DNA from: Eledone cirrhosa
Lineage: Eukaryota
Length of the DNA: 64,000 nt
Assembly: GCA_964016885.1 (NCBI GenBank)
Contig: OZ024743.1
Coordinates: 358,484,001-358,548,000 of the forward strand
Direction: 5' to 3'
In this document: positions 1 through 10,873 of the stretch, in pieces
Layout: every line of letters starts with the position of its first letter
Numbering within the stretch: the first letter of the stretch is position 1
Notes under the pieces: generated by a model
Database searches by the model: none
Told to the model about the DNA's origin: nothing
What the model saw: only the letters and a program-made list of their open reading frames with translations
Program-made: the position numbers and the translations under genes

Positions 1-943
1 GCAAATATATAGGTTTTGTCTTATTAACAATGTGGTTCAATGCATGGGGTTGCAAAACAATAATATGAGAGACGTAAAATAAGAAAATTATAAAATTAAC
101 TTACTTACTAAAAAATCACTTCCAACTAATTAGTTTCTGGAATGGAGTAAATATATTTTCCGAAGAAACATATGGAAAATCATTCCGTCATCAGGAAAGT
201 CTTTTTCCGTATAGGTCTCCAGGCATAGCGAGGACACTGGAAACTTATTAAAAAAATAATTCAGTGGAATGGAAATAGCGAAGCGTGGACTGGATTCCAA
301 GCCATTGAGAAAATCACTGCCTCTACGTCTGTGGCAAATTCAAAAAGAATCAATCACGTGACATCGAGGTCAATCAGTGGAAAGCGAATGGTTATTAAGA
401 CCGCGGCCAGCTTACTACCATAGTAGCAGTCATGGCCAAATATTGCTCGACAAATGAATTGGAGATAATTATAAGGAATTTATATCTAGTAACATTTATA
501 TACACACAGATGCATATCAATGCTAGCAAATATATAGGTTTTGTCTTATTAACAATGTGGTTCAATGCATGGGGTTGCAGAACAATAATATGAGAGACGT
601 AAAATAAGAAAATTATAAAATTAACTTACTTACTAAAAAATCACTTCCAACTAATTAGTTTCTGGAATGGAGACCTATACGGAAAAAGACTTTCCTGATG
701 ACGGAATGATTTTCCATATGTTTCTTCGGAAAATATATTTACTCCATTCCAGAAACTAATTAGTTGGAAGTGATTTTTTAGTAAGTAAGTTAATTTTATA
801 ATTTTCTTATTTTACGTCTCTCATATTATTGTTCTGCAACCCCATGCATTGAACCACATTGTTAATAAGACAAAACCTATATATTTGCTAGCATTGATAT
901 GCATCTGTGTGTATATAAATGTTACTAGATATAAATTCCTTAT
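1..943. mobile_element. Penelope-like pseudo-LTR cluster: partial tandem plus inverted copy
   Basis: 1-147 is repeated at 526-672. 671-943 is the reverse complement of 470-525 joined to 1-219, giving a long foldback that ends in (TA)n. It contains a CTGATGA...GAAA hammerhead-like core. This tandem + inverted layout is typical of PLEs, but no ORF is seen. Confidence 0.55.
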
Positions 944-1006
944 ATATATATATATATGTATATTTATATAAAGAAGAAATTAAAAGGTGGTTTAAAAAGT
1001 TCCACA

Positions 1007-1076
1007 TATTTTATGATACGCATTTCGAAAACAACATCATCCTGGGACAAATATTGTGTTCTCATCAGATAAAATA
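1007..1076 (-). ncRNA. Type I hammerhead ribozyme in Penelope pLTR
   Basis: Minus strand: TATTTTAT-CTGATGA-GAACACAATATT..GATGTTGTTTTC-GAA-ATGCGTAT-C-ATAAAATA. 8-bp stem I, long stem II, palindromic stem III, AUC cleavage triplet. Confidence 0.8.
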
Positions 1077-1798
1077 AGGTAACATGATATGAGGCCTAAA
1101 AACACTTGTGAACAAGAAAGTGTCCAGTCTACATATGACAAAAATATAAGAGAAGAGAAAAAATAGGAAAAATGAAGAAAAGGAAAAAGAAAAAGAAATA
1201 GAAGAGAGGAAAAAGAAAGAAAGACGGAGGAGAGAGAAAGAGAAAAAGAGCGGGAACGCTGTCAAAAATGAAAAACAGCTGTGAATAACGGCTAAAAAAA
1301 TAAATAAATAAATTGATGAGGTGTATGTGTAATATTACAAATATTAGAGGTCTAGAATATAGAAACTGGGTATATTATTTTATATTGAGTTTGAATACTA
1401 AAAATTGGATTAAGAAGTGTAAAAATGTATTAATAAAATAAAATAAAATAAAATAAAATAAGATAGAATAGAATAAAAAATAAGAATAGTCTATCAATGT
1501 CAAAATTAAAAATTACTATTAAAAATTTATATATGTGGGGTATAGTATTTAATTATTATTTTATATCAACAAGTAAATAAAGGAAATTGCTAGAAAGGTT
1601 TATAAACGTAGAAAGACATATGACGTCATAGTTTGTTTACGAAAATTAAAGCAATAGAGGAAAAGAGGTGAAAGGCTTAAAAATGCAGAGAAAAGAGAAT
1701 TAATACATTGTAGAATATAATGTGTGAAAAGATATATGTGTAGAAAATATATATGTGTACAAAAATTAACCGTTATTCGTGGAATATGTTATAGGATA

Positions 1799-2362
1799 TT
1801 AGCTGTAAACTTTGTGAAAGGTCTTAAAAGATTTATGATTACAGAGAGCAAATAAGTCCATACGTCTATTTATTAAAGAATTGAAATTCGAGATAATGGT
1901 AAATTTTTCATCTAGACATAAATTACAAACCCTATATATAGAAGCATTGGAGTAAGGAAAAGCGTTGCAAATTTTATGCCAAGAAATTTCGTAATTAATG
2001 TTTTTGTCTTTTAAGGACCAAATAAGTTTTGAGAGTGCGGTGCTGGTCCTTTTAAGTGGATATTTAAATGTAGAAGAATGGTTATAGAGTCTTGCTTTAA
2101 AAGAAGTAGAAGTAGAGCCAATGTAGGTATAGGTATTGGTACTAGTTACCACTTTACATTCGTATATTAGGTTTTTATCGAGACAGAAATTACTAAGAGG
2201 ACAATTAGTTCTAATAGGGCAGTTGCATCTACGATTAAGATTATTAACAGAGTTATTTGCAAGTGGCCCAGGATTAATTATATTAGGAACTGGAGTGGTG
2301 GAATTAGCTAAAGGGGGTGCTAAGGTTTCCTGATTTACATTACTATTTAAAGCATTCCTCAA
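1799..2362 (-). pseudogene. GIY-YIG endonuclease domain of the Penelope-like element
   Basis: LIY...YIG motif, conserved R-x3-H, CxxC before EK, and terminal LIN...CNH. The upstream RT part is frameshifted and truncated. Confidence 0.8.
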
Positions 2363-3229
2363 AGTTACGTTTGACGTCGTATTTATATTTGTTATTTTGC
2401 CTTGAGTTTACATTGACGTCGGGCCTTAGAGTATTATTATTATTATGACTCTCATGGTTGGAATCATATGAGTTATTATTTAATATTTTAGAATTATGTC
2501 TTGAGATAATTTTAGAAATGTTGGAAGTAGTGGAATATGAGAATTGAATGGTATACTTATTAAAAATCTTGCTATGTATATGTGAAGGAGGGGAAGCTGT
2601 TATCTAAAGCCCTAAAAAATAATTTAGGGATAGTACTAATAAGTGAAAGAGAGGAGGGAGCGTTGTACCAAAGGATATTTTTATATCTAGGTTATATCTT
2701 TATGTTACTGGTATGATTATTACTAGCTACATTACTATAAGTTCTGCCAAGATTAGTTTCCTTAGTGTATCTAATTTTGTCTGAATATCCAGCCCTATAT
2801 AATGCATTATTATAATAGTTGGCATGAGCATCGAAGATATGTTTATTAGAGGATAAATTAGAAATTCTTTTTTCAACACTTCTGACTATAGCAGTTTTAA
2901 CATTATTAGGGTGGTTTGATTTAAAGTTAACATAATTTAGGTTCTCAAAATCAAACCACCCTAATAATGTTAAGGTTCTTTAAATCAAACACAATTTTTG
3001 TCCCAGGATGATGTTGTTTTCGAAATGCGCATAATAAAATATATGGAACTTTTTAAACCATCTTTTAATTTCTTCTTTATATATACTCCAGTTCTACCAA
3101 CTGTTGAGTGCTACTTATCTGATATATGCATAGTTTTATTGTTCTACAATATTACTCACCTCCTACATATATATATTAATATATAGTTCGAAATAACAAT
3201 AAACAAACGCAGGAGTGAATATTACATGG

Positions 3230-3392
3230 TGTCGGATGCCATGCTTTCCAGCATAGTTACGTCCCTTTACGATCTGAGTTCAAATCCCGCCGAGGTTGAC
3301 TTTGCCTTTCATCCTTACGGGGTCGATAAAATAAAGTACCAGTAATGCACTGGGTAATTGCTGGCCTTGTGCCTAAAGTAGAAACAGTTATT
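3230..3392 (+). mobile_element. tRNA-derived SINE (family B), 5'-truncated
   Basis: B-box GAGTTCAAATCC followed by the core GACTTTGCCTTTCATCCTTACGGGGTCGATAAAATAAAGTACCAG. Near-identical to 7986-8146; many degraded copies elsewhere (29375, 31470, 37700, 41170). Confidence 0.75.
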
Positions 3393-3411
3393 AGCTTTAT
3401 AGCGAGGTTAC

Positions 3412-3992
3412 TGGGTTGTATGAATGTAACAATGGAGACATGGTTTGTGTGTATAATATTTAATTAACAATCATGGATATATATATAGAACAGTATAGTT
3501 GACATGTCAAAGTAATAGATGATAGAATGAAGCAAAGTTAGTAGTTACCGTTTTGATTGCCAGGCAAACGCGAGACGCCTGGCGAAGGCCAGGTGCCGGA
3601 AGGGCAAATGAGAGGCAGAGAACTTAAAGTTGTTAGTTTTATAGGGTTCTGACCGGAAGTTACAGAAAGGGTTCTACTTCCCGTCTAGATGTTGTTAATC
3701 TATTGGGGTTGTGAGTCACAACAAGGGAGGCCACTGCTACAGCTTCAAGCTTGGTGAGAGTGTGGCGGAGGTTGATTCTTTTGTTGTGTGTACTCACTTA
3801 TTGATTGCTCAGTGGTGTGGTCATTGTTGTGTAGAGTGTAGGTGAGGGAAGACCGATGTTCCTGATACATTGTCACCAGAGATTGCAGGTGTGCAAGTAA
3901 GTGTGTAAAACTTTTCATTATGATGATGTGATGGTTCCTTGGGTAAGTGATTTATCTTGATCACGTAGGAAATGAAATATATATAAACCACA
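3412..3992 (-). mobile_element. Possible degenerate solo LTR
   Basis: Imperfect TG...CA inverted termini (TGGGTTGTAT / ATATAAACCACA), with TATAAAA and ATTAAA on the minus strand. The flanking 5-mers (GTTAC/ATAAC) only partly match. Confidence 0.35.
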
Positions 3993-4795
3993 ATAACACA
4001 AAACTGCTATGTTTTTAATTTATTAAATATAACTTTCGTCGAATTATACAATACTCGAAGAAAAAATAACCAGTGTCTTGTCAAGAAACAAGTATGATAA
4101 ACATACATACCACTTGACCTATGACCCCTGGTCCCTGACAGATGAAACACATATGGCTGCCCATAAATCAACCCATATACACATCCTTCTAGCTATAGGG
4201 AATCCAACAGAGAGAAACGAAGTAGCAGTCTGTGAGAGATTACGATGTAGCCAATTCACTTTTACCCTTTCTCTCTCCTGGCCTTACTGGTTCTCATCTT
4301 TTTGGCACAGACTACACCACCAGACACAGTGATAAAACAGACAAGAGAAGAAAGTTCTCTAACACTGTGAAATTTCTCTTCGCGAAAACCAGTTTGTTTA
4401 CTATTCTCTCACATTTCATACCAGCCCAACAATTTGACCACTAATACGGGAATAACGTATACTAAGAATGGACACACACAGTAGGTTTCATTTGTTTACT
4501 TCTACGTTTTATCTATTCTTCCGTCTCCTTGTCATATTGTGCTACTGTAAAATACAACACAACTTTTACTATATCGTTTTCTGTGATACATGCATTTACG
4601 ATAGCTTGAAGAATCTAGTCAGCAAATTAATGTAATGATAAAAGGAATAATGCCAGAATTGTGATGTTGACAATGTTTATTTTACAATAACAATATTCAC
4701 TTGTTGGTACATCGAACATCGAATAATAAAATTTGTGACATCAATGATCACTACATTCCTCGATCACAGTGTGTTCCGTAACGCGGTGGAAAACC

Positions 4796-6200
4796 CTATT
4801 GATGAGAACATGGCATGAAGTTACCGACGAAAGAAACGCCAACAAAGCCAGCGAGACCAGAAACCATTTCTAACAGGTAAGGTGACCTGTTGCCATCCAA
4901 AGTCGTCAAACCTGACATTGCATATCTCCCCAGCTGCCACTCGGATACAAGTATCGAGGTCGGTGAGGAGAGATGCGTGGCTGTAGCATGGAGCACTACG
5001 AAGTGTGCAGGGGAGCTTCGGCATGGCGAAGCAGTTCCTCAACAAGCAGAGGGTGGCATGGGCGTCAATCATGCCCAGTCTGCTCGTGAGCTGCTGGAGC
5101 CTGGGCCTAATGGTGGAGTGGATGGCAGGCGGCAAAGCCCTCTGCGTCATAGTTGACATTCACCACCCCCGACTTAAACAAGTTGACCCCGAGACCGATT
5201 CTCGCCAGAGCAGGAAACACCAATTACATGTCGTGACTGACGTGCCCAACGTGGCATCATCCGGGTACCAAACGTTGAAAGGGTTGTGATGTTCCGAGCA
5301 ATGTGATATATCTCGAGAGGAAAGAGGAGGGGGACCCAAAGGGTCACCCTTTTGAACCCCAGCGGCTGAAGGTATGACCGTGTCAGCAGCAAGGAGCATG
5401 CTCGAGGCTCCATATGACGAGTAGACCAGCGGGTAGGCGAGGGCTTCGAACAGATAGTCACAGCGTAGACAATTAAAGGCATTTCTCGTGTCAAGTTGAC
5501 AATGAGGTGCCTGGCGTCCTGCGACGCCGGTTCCGGTGGACAACTGTTGAAGAACTGCCAAGCTGTGTGTGCAGCCCCCTCACACTCACTGGACAACACT
5601 GACCCCTAGTTGCACCGGGTAGAGCTCCTCGCCTATTTCAGGTGTAAGGTAAAACAGACCACCTCAGCAGCCAGCCTCCGGAAGACACTGCCCGCAGTGA
5701 TAAGGCCTATGCCACCGTCTTTCTTCTTGAGAGTGGTCAGTCTCCCGAAAAGAAGAGGCCTCATGTGTAAGGATCCAGGGTGCTATGGATGAACCTATTG
5801 ATGAGTACCACAATTGCACTCAGAAGGCGGCACCCGGCTTCAACTGATAGTGGGGATAACAAATCGGAGACCATCAGTACCTCCGCTGCTGTTGGCAGGC
5901 ATGATGTCTGCGTCTGGAGCCATACAGAGCAGGTGAGGATATTAATCTGAGGTCTGCGGGCGGCTCAGGATGCTTGAGACGAAAAGCAATCAAGACCTCC
6001 TCGTTGGGGTGGAGAACGGTGTTCTTCGAGACAACCACCCTGACCACGGCCGAGACATCACTCTGACCGTGCTCGAAACACCACCCTCGATTAGTTTGGC
6101 GTTTACGCGGTCGCGTAAACGCTTTGTGTTGGCCTCCGGGGTGAAGGATTGAGAGCACCTGATAGCTGAGGGTGTGGTGTCCTTGGGCACACTTTGGATG
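4796..6200 (-). mobile_element. Degenerate CRE-like non-LTR retrotransposon, RT region
   Basis: Frameshifted motifs on the minus strand: KKDGGIGLITAG (cf. GIRPIAVG), LDTRNAFN, GVQKGDPLGP, WYPDDATLG, LLRNCFAMPKL, QVTLPVRNG. GC-rich block in an AT-rich background. Confidence 0.8.
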
Positions 6201-6642
6201 AGCGCTCTCACACACACACGAGTAATTATCGTCTGTTTAGCAAACAAGATTTGTATGAAGCTACAATTCCTCGTTCTTTTTCATTAGCAGACTTGTAAAT
6301 GTAATTAAGGCGAATACGTCGCTGTTTCTTAGTTTGGTTATTTTTATCATCTACTTGGCCGAGCGACCAAATAGAAACATTGTCGCCATGTTGCTACAGT
6401 GATTCAATTAAGGATTAAAGGGAAATAATTCGGACTGACCTTTAGCTGTATGCTGCAAGATTTATTTCCCTTTGACTGTTAACTATAGACCAGGATCAGC
6501 CAGAAGTCGGGGTGGGGGGGATATAAATGTCGATGTCACCAGTTCTCTTCCTTTCAGTTAGATGCAGACTTTGATAGCAATGGCCAACTTCAGTCACTGC
6601 TGTCTCCCAGGAGGATGGAAACGATTTAAAGAAACGTTATTG

Positions 6643-6787
6643 ATGCAGTAATGCGCCAGCTTCAGCATCCGGAAGAAAAGCCAAACTCGCTATCTTCAAC
6701 TCAGTTTTCGTGCCAACCCTTACCTACGTTCTTGGGTAATGACCGAAAGAATGCGATCGCGAATACAAGCGACCAAAATGGGGTTCA
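6643..6787 (+). mobile_element. RTE/Expander-like LINE fragment
   Basis: Matches 15278-15430 (gcagtaatgcgccagcttcagcat...tcttgggtaatgacc). Confidence 0.7.
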
Positions 6788-7455
6788 TGTATGTGTGCAC
6801 ATATAAATGCGCCTGTGGCCCTTTGTGTATATCTTGTCCATCCACCACCTACTCATTTATTTGCTATCTAAATTCTCGCTTTTCCCCACTCCTCTTATTA
6901 AAGTAATTCTCATACAAAACGTTGTATAACTTCCCCGTATAGTGTTGTGTGCCTCTATGTATGCAATATGTATATACATAGTACATACACTTCAACACTA
7001 TATAACCCACACTTCCTATTTTTAAACGCCTATATTTTATCTGATCTTATTTGTTCCTATTTACTTATATATAACCCACTTTTTACTGTTAGTTCTTCAC
7101 CTCTATATAACCCACTTTTTACTATTTATTCTTCACTTAAAAATACCCTTTCAGCCTATGAACCCCATCTGTAAATGACCCCCACCCTTCCATCCTCTAT
7201 GTCTAAGACAAATATGCCCCTTCTATTCCACTCCTACCCCCATCTACACTACTTCCTTCTCCTGGCCTGTTGCCTGTCTAAATATACTTGCCAGTCTTTC
7301 CTCCCACCTCCTCCATCTGACCACTCTACTACTTTCATAAACTCAACCAAAGCACTACCAAGACCAGTGACCTATTTTTTTTCATACCATATAGATATTA
7401 CTACACTCTTGAAAGGCTTGCTGAACATACAAGCCGAAACTGCTTGGCGCCCTTA

Positions 7456-7555
<100 letters not shown>

Positions 7556-7959
7556 GGGGATTAAAATAAGAGGAGTTATTGTACTGAAAGTAGATAGAGG
7601 GAGGGAAAACGAATGCCCTGCTACACGTACATATAATTAACACACACGCATGCATGCATACTTACATATATACATATTTATATATGTGGTACAATAAGGA
7701 TAATAGTTGTTAATATAGGTCGAGCTGGTAGTTGTGATGGCCATAAAAGATAGGAATAACTAGAAACATTCGCTATACTTGACTTGGAGGTACAATTCAT
7801 GGATACAATTCTAAGTATTACAAAGTTATCTCCCTTGAAATACACGCTTAATTTATATTTATATCTTTATTGTTATAAAGCACCAGTAACACACTGGAAT
7901 AAATTTAATAGACTTTCCTCTCCTCTTCAAATTGTGCCTAAGTAGAAACAATTATCATT

Positions 7960-8146
7960 CGGTGGATTGGCAGTATCGGTAGAGGGTCGGACGCCATGCT
8001 TTCAGGCATAGTTACGTCCCTTTACGATCTGAGTTCAAATCCCGCCGAGGTTGACTTTGCCTTTCATCCTTACGGGGTCGATAAAATAAAGTACCAGTAA
8101 TGCACTGGGTAATTGCTGGCCTTGTGCCTAAAGTAGAAACAATTAT
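7960..8146 (+). mobile_element. tRNA-derived SINE (family B)
   Basis: A-box-like GGATTGGCAGTATCGGTAGAG, B-box GAGTTCAAATCC, and the same core as 3230-3392. Confidence 0.75.
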
Positions 8147-8457
8147 TTATATAATATAAAAGAGAGATGTTTGTTTGTTGGTTGGTGTCTATGCACATCA
8201 TACAAAAACGAAAACCAACAATTGAAATACACCAATGGAATAAGGGTATACCCAGGAAGGTTTATTGACACTCATCTTATATAAGATCAAAGAACAAAAA
8301 CTAACTATGCTAACCAACCCAACTGCTATTTCTAGCAGGTTGGAAGACAACCATAAGGGATTCTCTCTGCTCGTCCGTTGTCAGCGACGCTCGTATTTCG
8401 TGGCCAGTGTCTCTGTGGATTTGAACGCTGGTTTACACACATATTTATATATAATTA

Positions 8458-8870
8458 TCTATATATAATATAAAAGATTGGAACTTCCATCATCCTGTTG
8501 AGAAACCTGGACCCACCACGTCTATGCAATGACACACTTAAAAGTCAGGTGGATGTTGAAACATCTAGAGGTCACTATTTTTGGAGGCAATCATCAAGGA
8601 GAAAATGCATTTATTCCCAAGAAACCTCTTATCCTTTCCTCTACCGAGCTGCTGTTCAAATTCTCAAGACTTCAGTTCCCTGTTAGAACCAGTTTTGCTA
8701 TGACTATAAATAAAATTCAGGGTCAGTCTCAAAATTATAGGATTGAATATAAGAGAATCTGTTTTTATCCATGGTCAGTTATAAATAGGTTGTTCACGAG
8801 TGGGAACACCTAGAAATCTTCATATACTATACACGAACGGTAAAATGAAGAATCTTGTGTATCTGAAAGA
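8458..8870 (+). mobile_element. Internally deleted Helitron with PIF1 helicase C-terminal remnant
   Basis: A|TCTATATATAATATAAAAG 5' end, then frameshifted IILLRNLDPPRLCN, FSRLQFPVRTSFAMTINKIQGQS, CFxHGQL and CSRVG. The 3' end was not located. Confidence 0.8.
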
Positions 8871-10668
8871 TTTTTTTTGTCACACTCACGCACTTCAGTC
8901 TCACTTCATACTGTAAACCAGACAATGCATTCAATACAGTCGTTTTCTCTGCAACTACTTTTTCTCTTATCATTTGAATAATAATAGTAAGTGTACTGAA
9001 TATATTTACCCTTTTCGAAACATCCTGTCAAATAAGTCCTATAATGTAATTTCTTTTCACTATGAATTTATCAGAGATGTCCTTAGGTTAAAAAATTAGA
9101 TATGTCTGGTATAGCCATGAACAACTGTTTTCGAGCAGTAGGGCATATGAGATATGGCTCATCATATGGCAGCCATATGATGAGCCATATCTATAAAAAA
9201 AAAAAAATACTATAAAGTACTATAAAAAAAAAAAATAAAGGTAATTTTTGGTTAGGTGTGTCACTCAGAAAGCCAAACGAGCCGCATACAGCCTGCAGTT
9301 CACCCATGACAGGTCTAGGATTTCATGTTAAATATAAAACTACATGAAATGGTTAGTGTTTTTGATAATGAGACAATATGAAATGCTGATGGAAGAATGA
9401 CGAAGTAATTATCACACAACCGAAAAAAGCAGACGTCGTTTTTAGTGTGTGAAATTTTTCAAATAATTGAATAAAACAATACCGAACAAGTAGCAAAGAA
9501 TAAATATAACTATAGAGAGTGTAATGGGAGAGTCTGTGACAGTGGAGTAATAAATTAAACCCTTCTCAGTTCCAATTTCAAACTAATGAGCTAACTAGCT
9601 GAACCAAAAACAAGAGGTCCGGGGGATTCATTTATGTTTCATCTCCATTAAGATAAGTGTGGTTATGATTTTTTAGTAAAAATTTTAAAAACTGATATTC
9701 TTCGATTATACTGACTGGCGATCTTTCTGGAATGATAGATTTTCATTTAAGCTTCTAAATTCTGTTTAGATTAGCAAAAATACCTGTGAAGGTAATCATT
9801 TTTTTATATAATATAAATTATTTTTGTAGATGACTTGTTGTTTAGCCCCGAGTCAGTCTTATAATCAATGGCATTCAAGCTATGACCATCCAATTTTTTC
9901 CAGAAACAGTTTGTATTGAGGTCTATATTATAGTGTCACTTCCTTTTTTAAGATGATTTGAGAGATATGGCTTCTATTTCTAGTAGGTTAAAAAATGTGT
10001 CTATTTAGCTTTCTTTCTAAGTGTTAGAGTATAATTGAGTAAATGAAACCCAGAATTTAATTGGCATTTATTTCATTAAGACATGAAAGGTAAATCCTTA
10101 GAGTGATTTATACTTAAGACTACAGACTACAAAACTAGATACAAAATAAAATTTTAGGTCTGAATTTTAGGTACTTTTTGGGCTAATCTTTGTGTCCTTG
10201 GAAATAGAAACAAATAAAGAAAACCCTTGCTAGCAGTAAAAACAGATATTAAATGATGAAGGAATATAAGGCACAGTGTTTATAAAACATACATGTAAAA
10301 AACAAGAGAACCTCTGTGATCACTCAACATGCTAGAAATAACTTCCAGATCTCCCTGAATTTACTACCATCTTTTAAAAAAAAGAATACATTGGATAAAG
10401 TATTCTTAGATACATTATATCTGAAAAAAAGATGGAGTTCCATTGACTTCGAGCTATACAACAACAAAAGCATAAAAATCACAATATAACAAAGAAAATA
10501 AATATGGAAAAGTGTGTTTACTGTAAAACAGAGCAGTTACATGTAGCTGTAGAAATACAAGGTTTTATCTAAAGCCTGACAGAGCAAAAGATCTGCCTCT
10601 ATAAGTTACACCTTGGTATACTCTGATTTTCAAAGTAACAATTTGAAATATCTATGGATTGGCCAGGG

Positions 10669-10873
10669 TTAATCTAAAATTCTATTTGGTAGAGGTGCAG
10701 TATCAGGGTTTGCTGGTTCAGGAATTTTCTCTGGTAACTGGTGTGGTGGCAATTCAAACTTGGGACGAATTGAGTCATGCAAGCGAACTTTAGAAAAGTA
10801 GCCAACATAAGGACGCTCAATGCCTAGTTTCTCTTTAACACAATCATCAAACACCTTTTGCGTCTGGCGACAC
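10669..10873 (-). CDS. NDUFA8: NDUFA8 coding exon 3
   Basis: ttttccag acceptor; CRQTQKVFDDCVKEKLG...RILD-stop. Confidence 0.93.

Larger units (their letters stand above)
963..3085 (-). mobile_element. 5'-truncated Penelope-like retroelement (Naiad-like): RT thumb, linker, GIY-YIG endonuclease, 3' pLTR and inverted partial pLTR
   Basis: The minus strand from about 2945 reads NLNYVNFKSNHP...RISNLSS...YYNNALYRAGY (RT thumb), then WYNAP...KIFNK...SYS. ORF 1799-2362 has CNC-x5-C, LIYECKV...YIGST (GIY-YIG), CNLCLDEK and LINRR...CNH. About 963-1060 is inverted at about 2987-3085. Confidence 0.85.

Noticed and set aside
688-745. CTGATGA...GAAA hammerhead-like core (also at 145-200 on the minus strand)
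   Set aside because: The core and a palindromic stem III are present, but the bases 5' of CUGA (CTTTC) do not pair with those after the NUH site, so stem I cannot form. Degenerate at best.
6300-6600. Possible LTR start (TGTAAT..., TATAAAT)
   Set aside because: No matching CA terminus, TSD or second copy could be identified.
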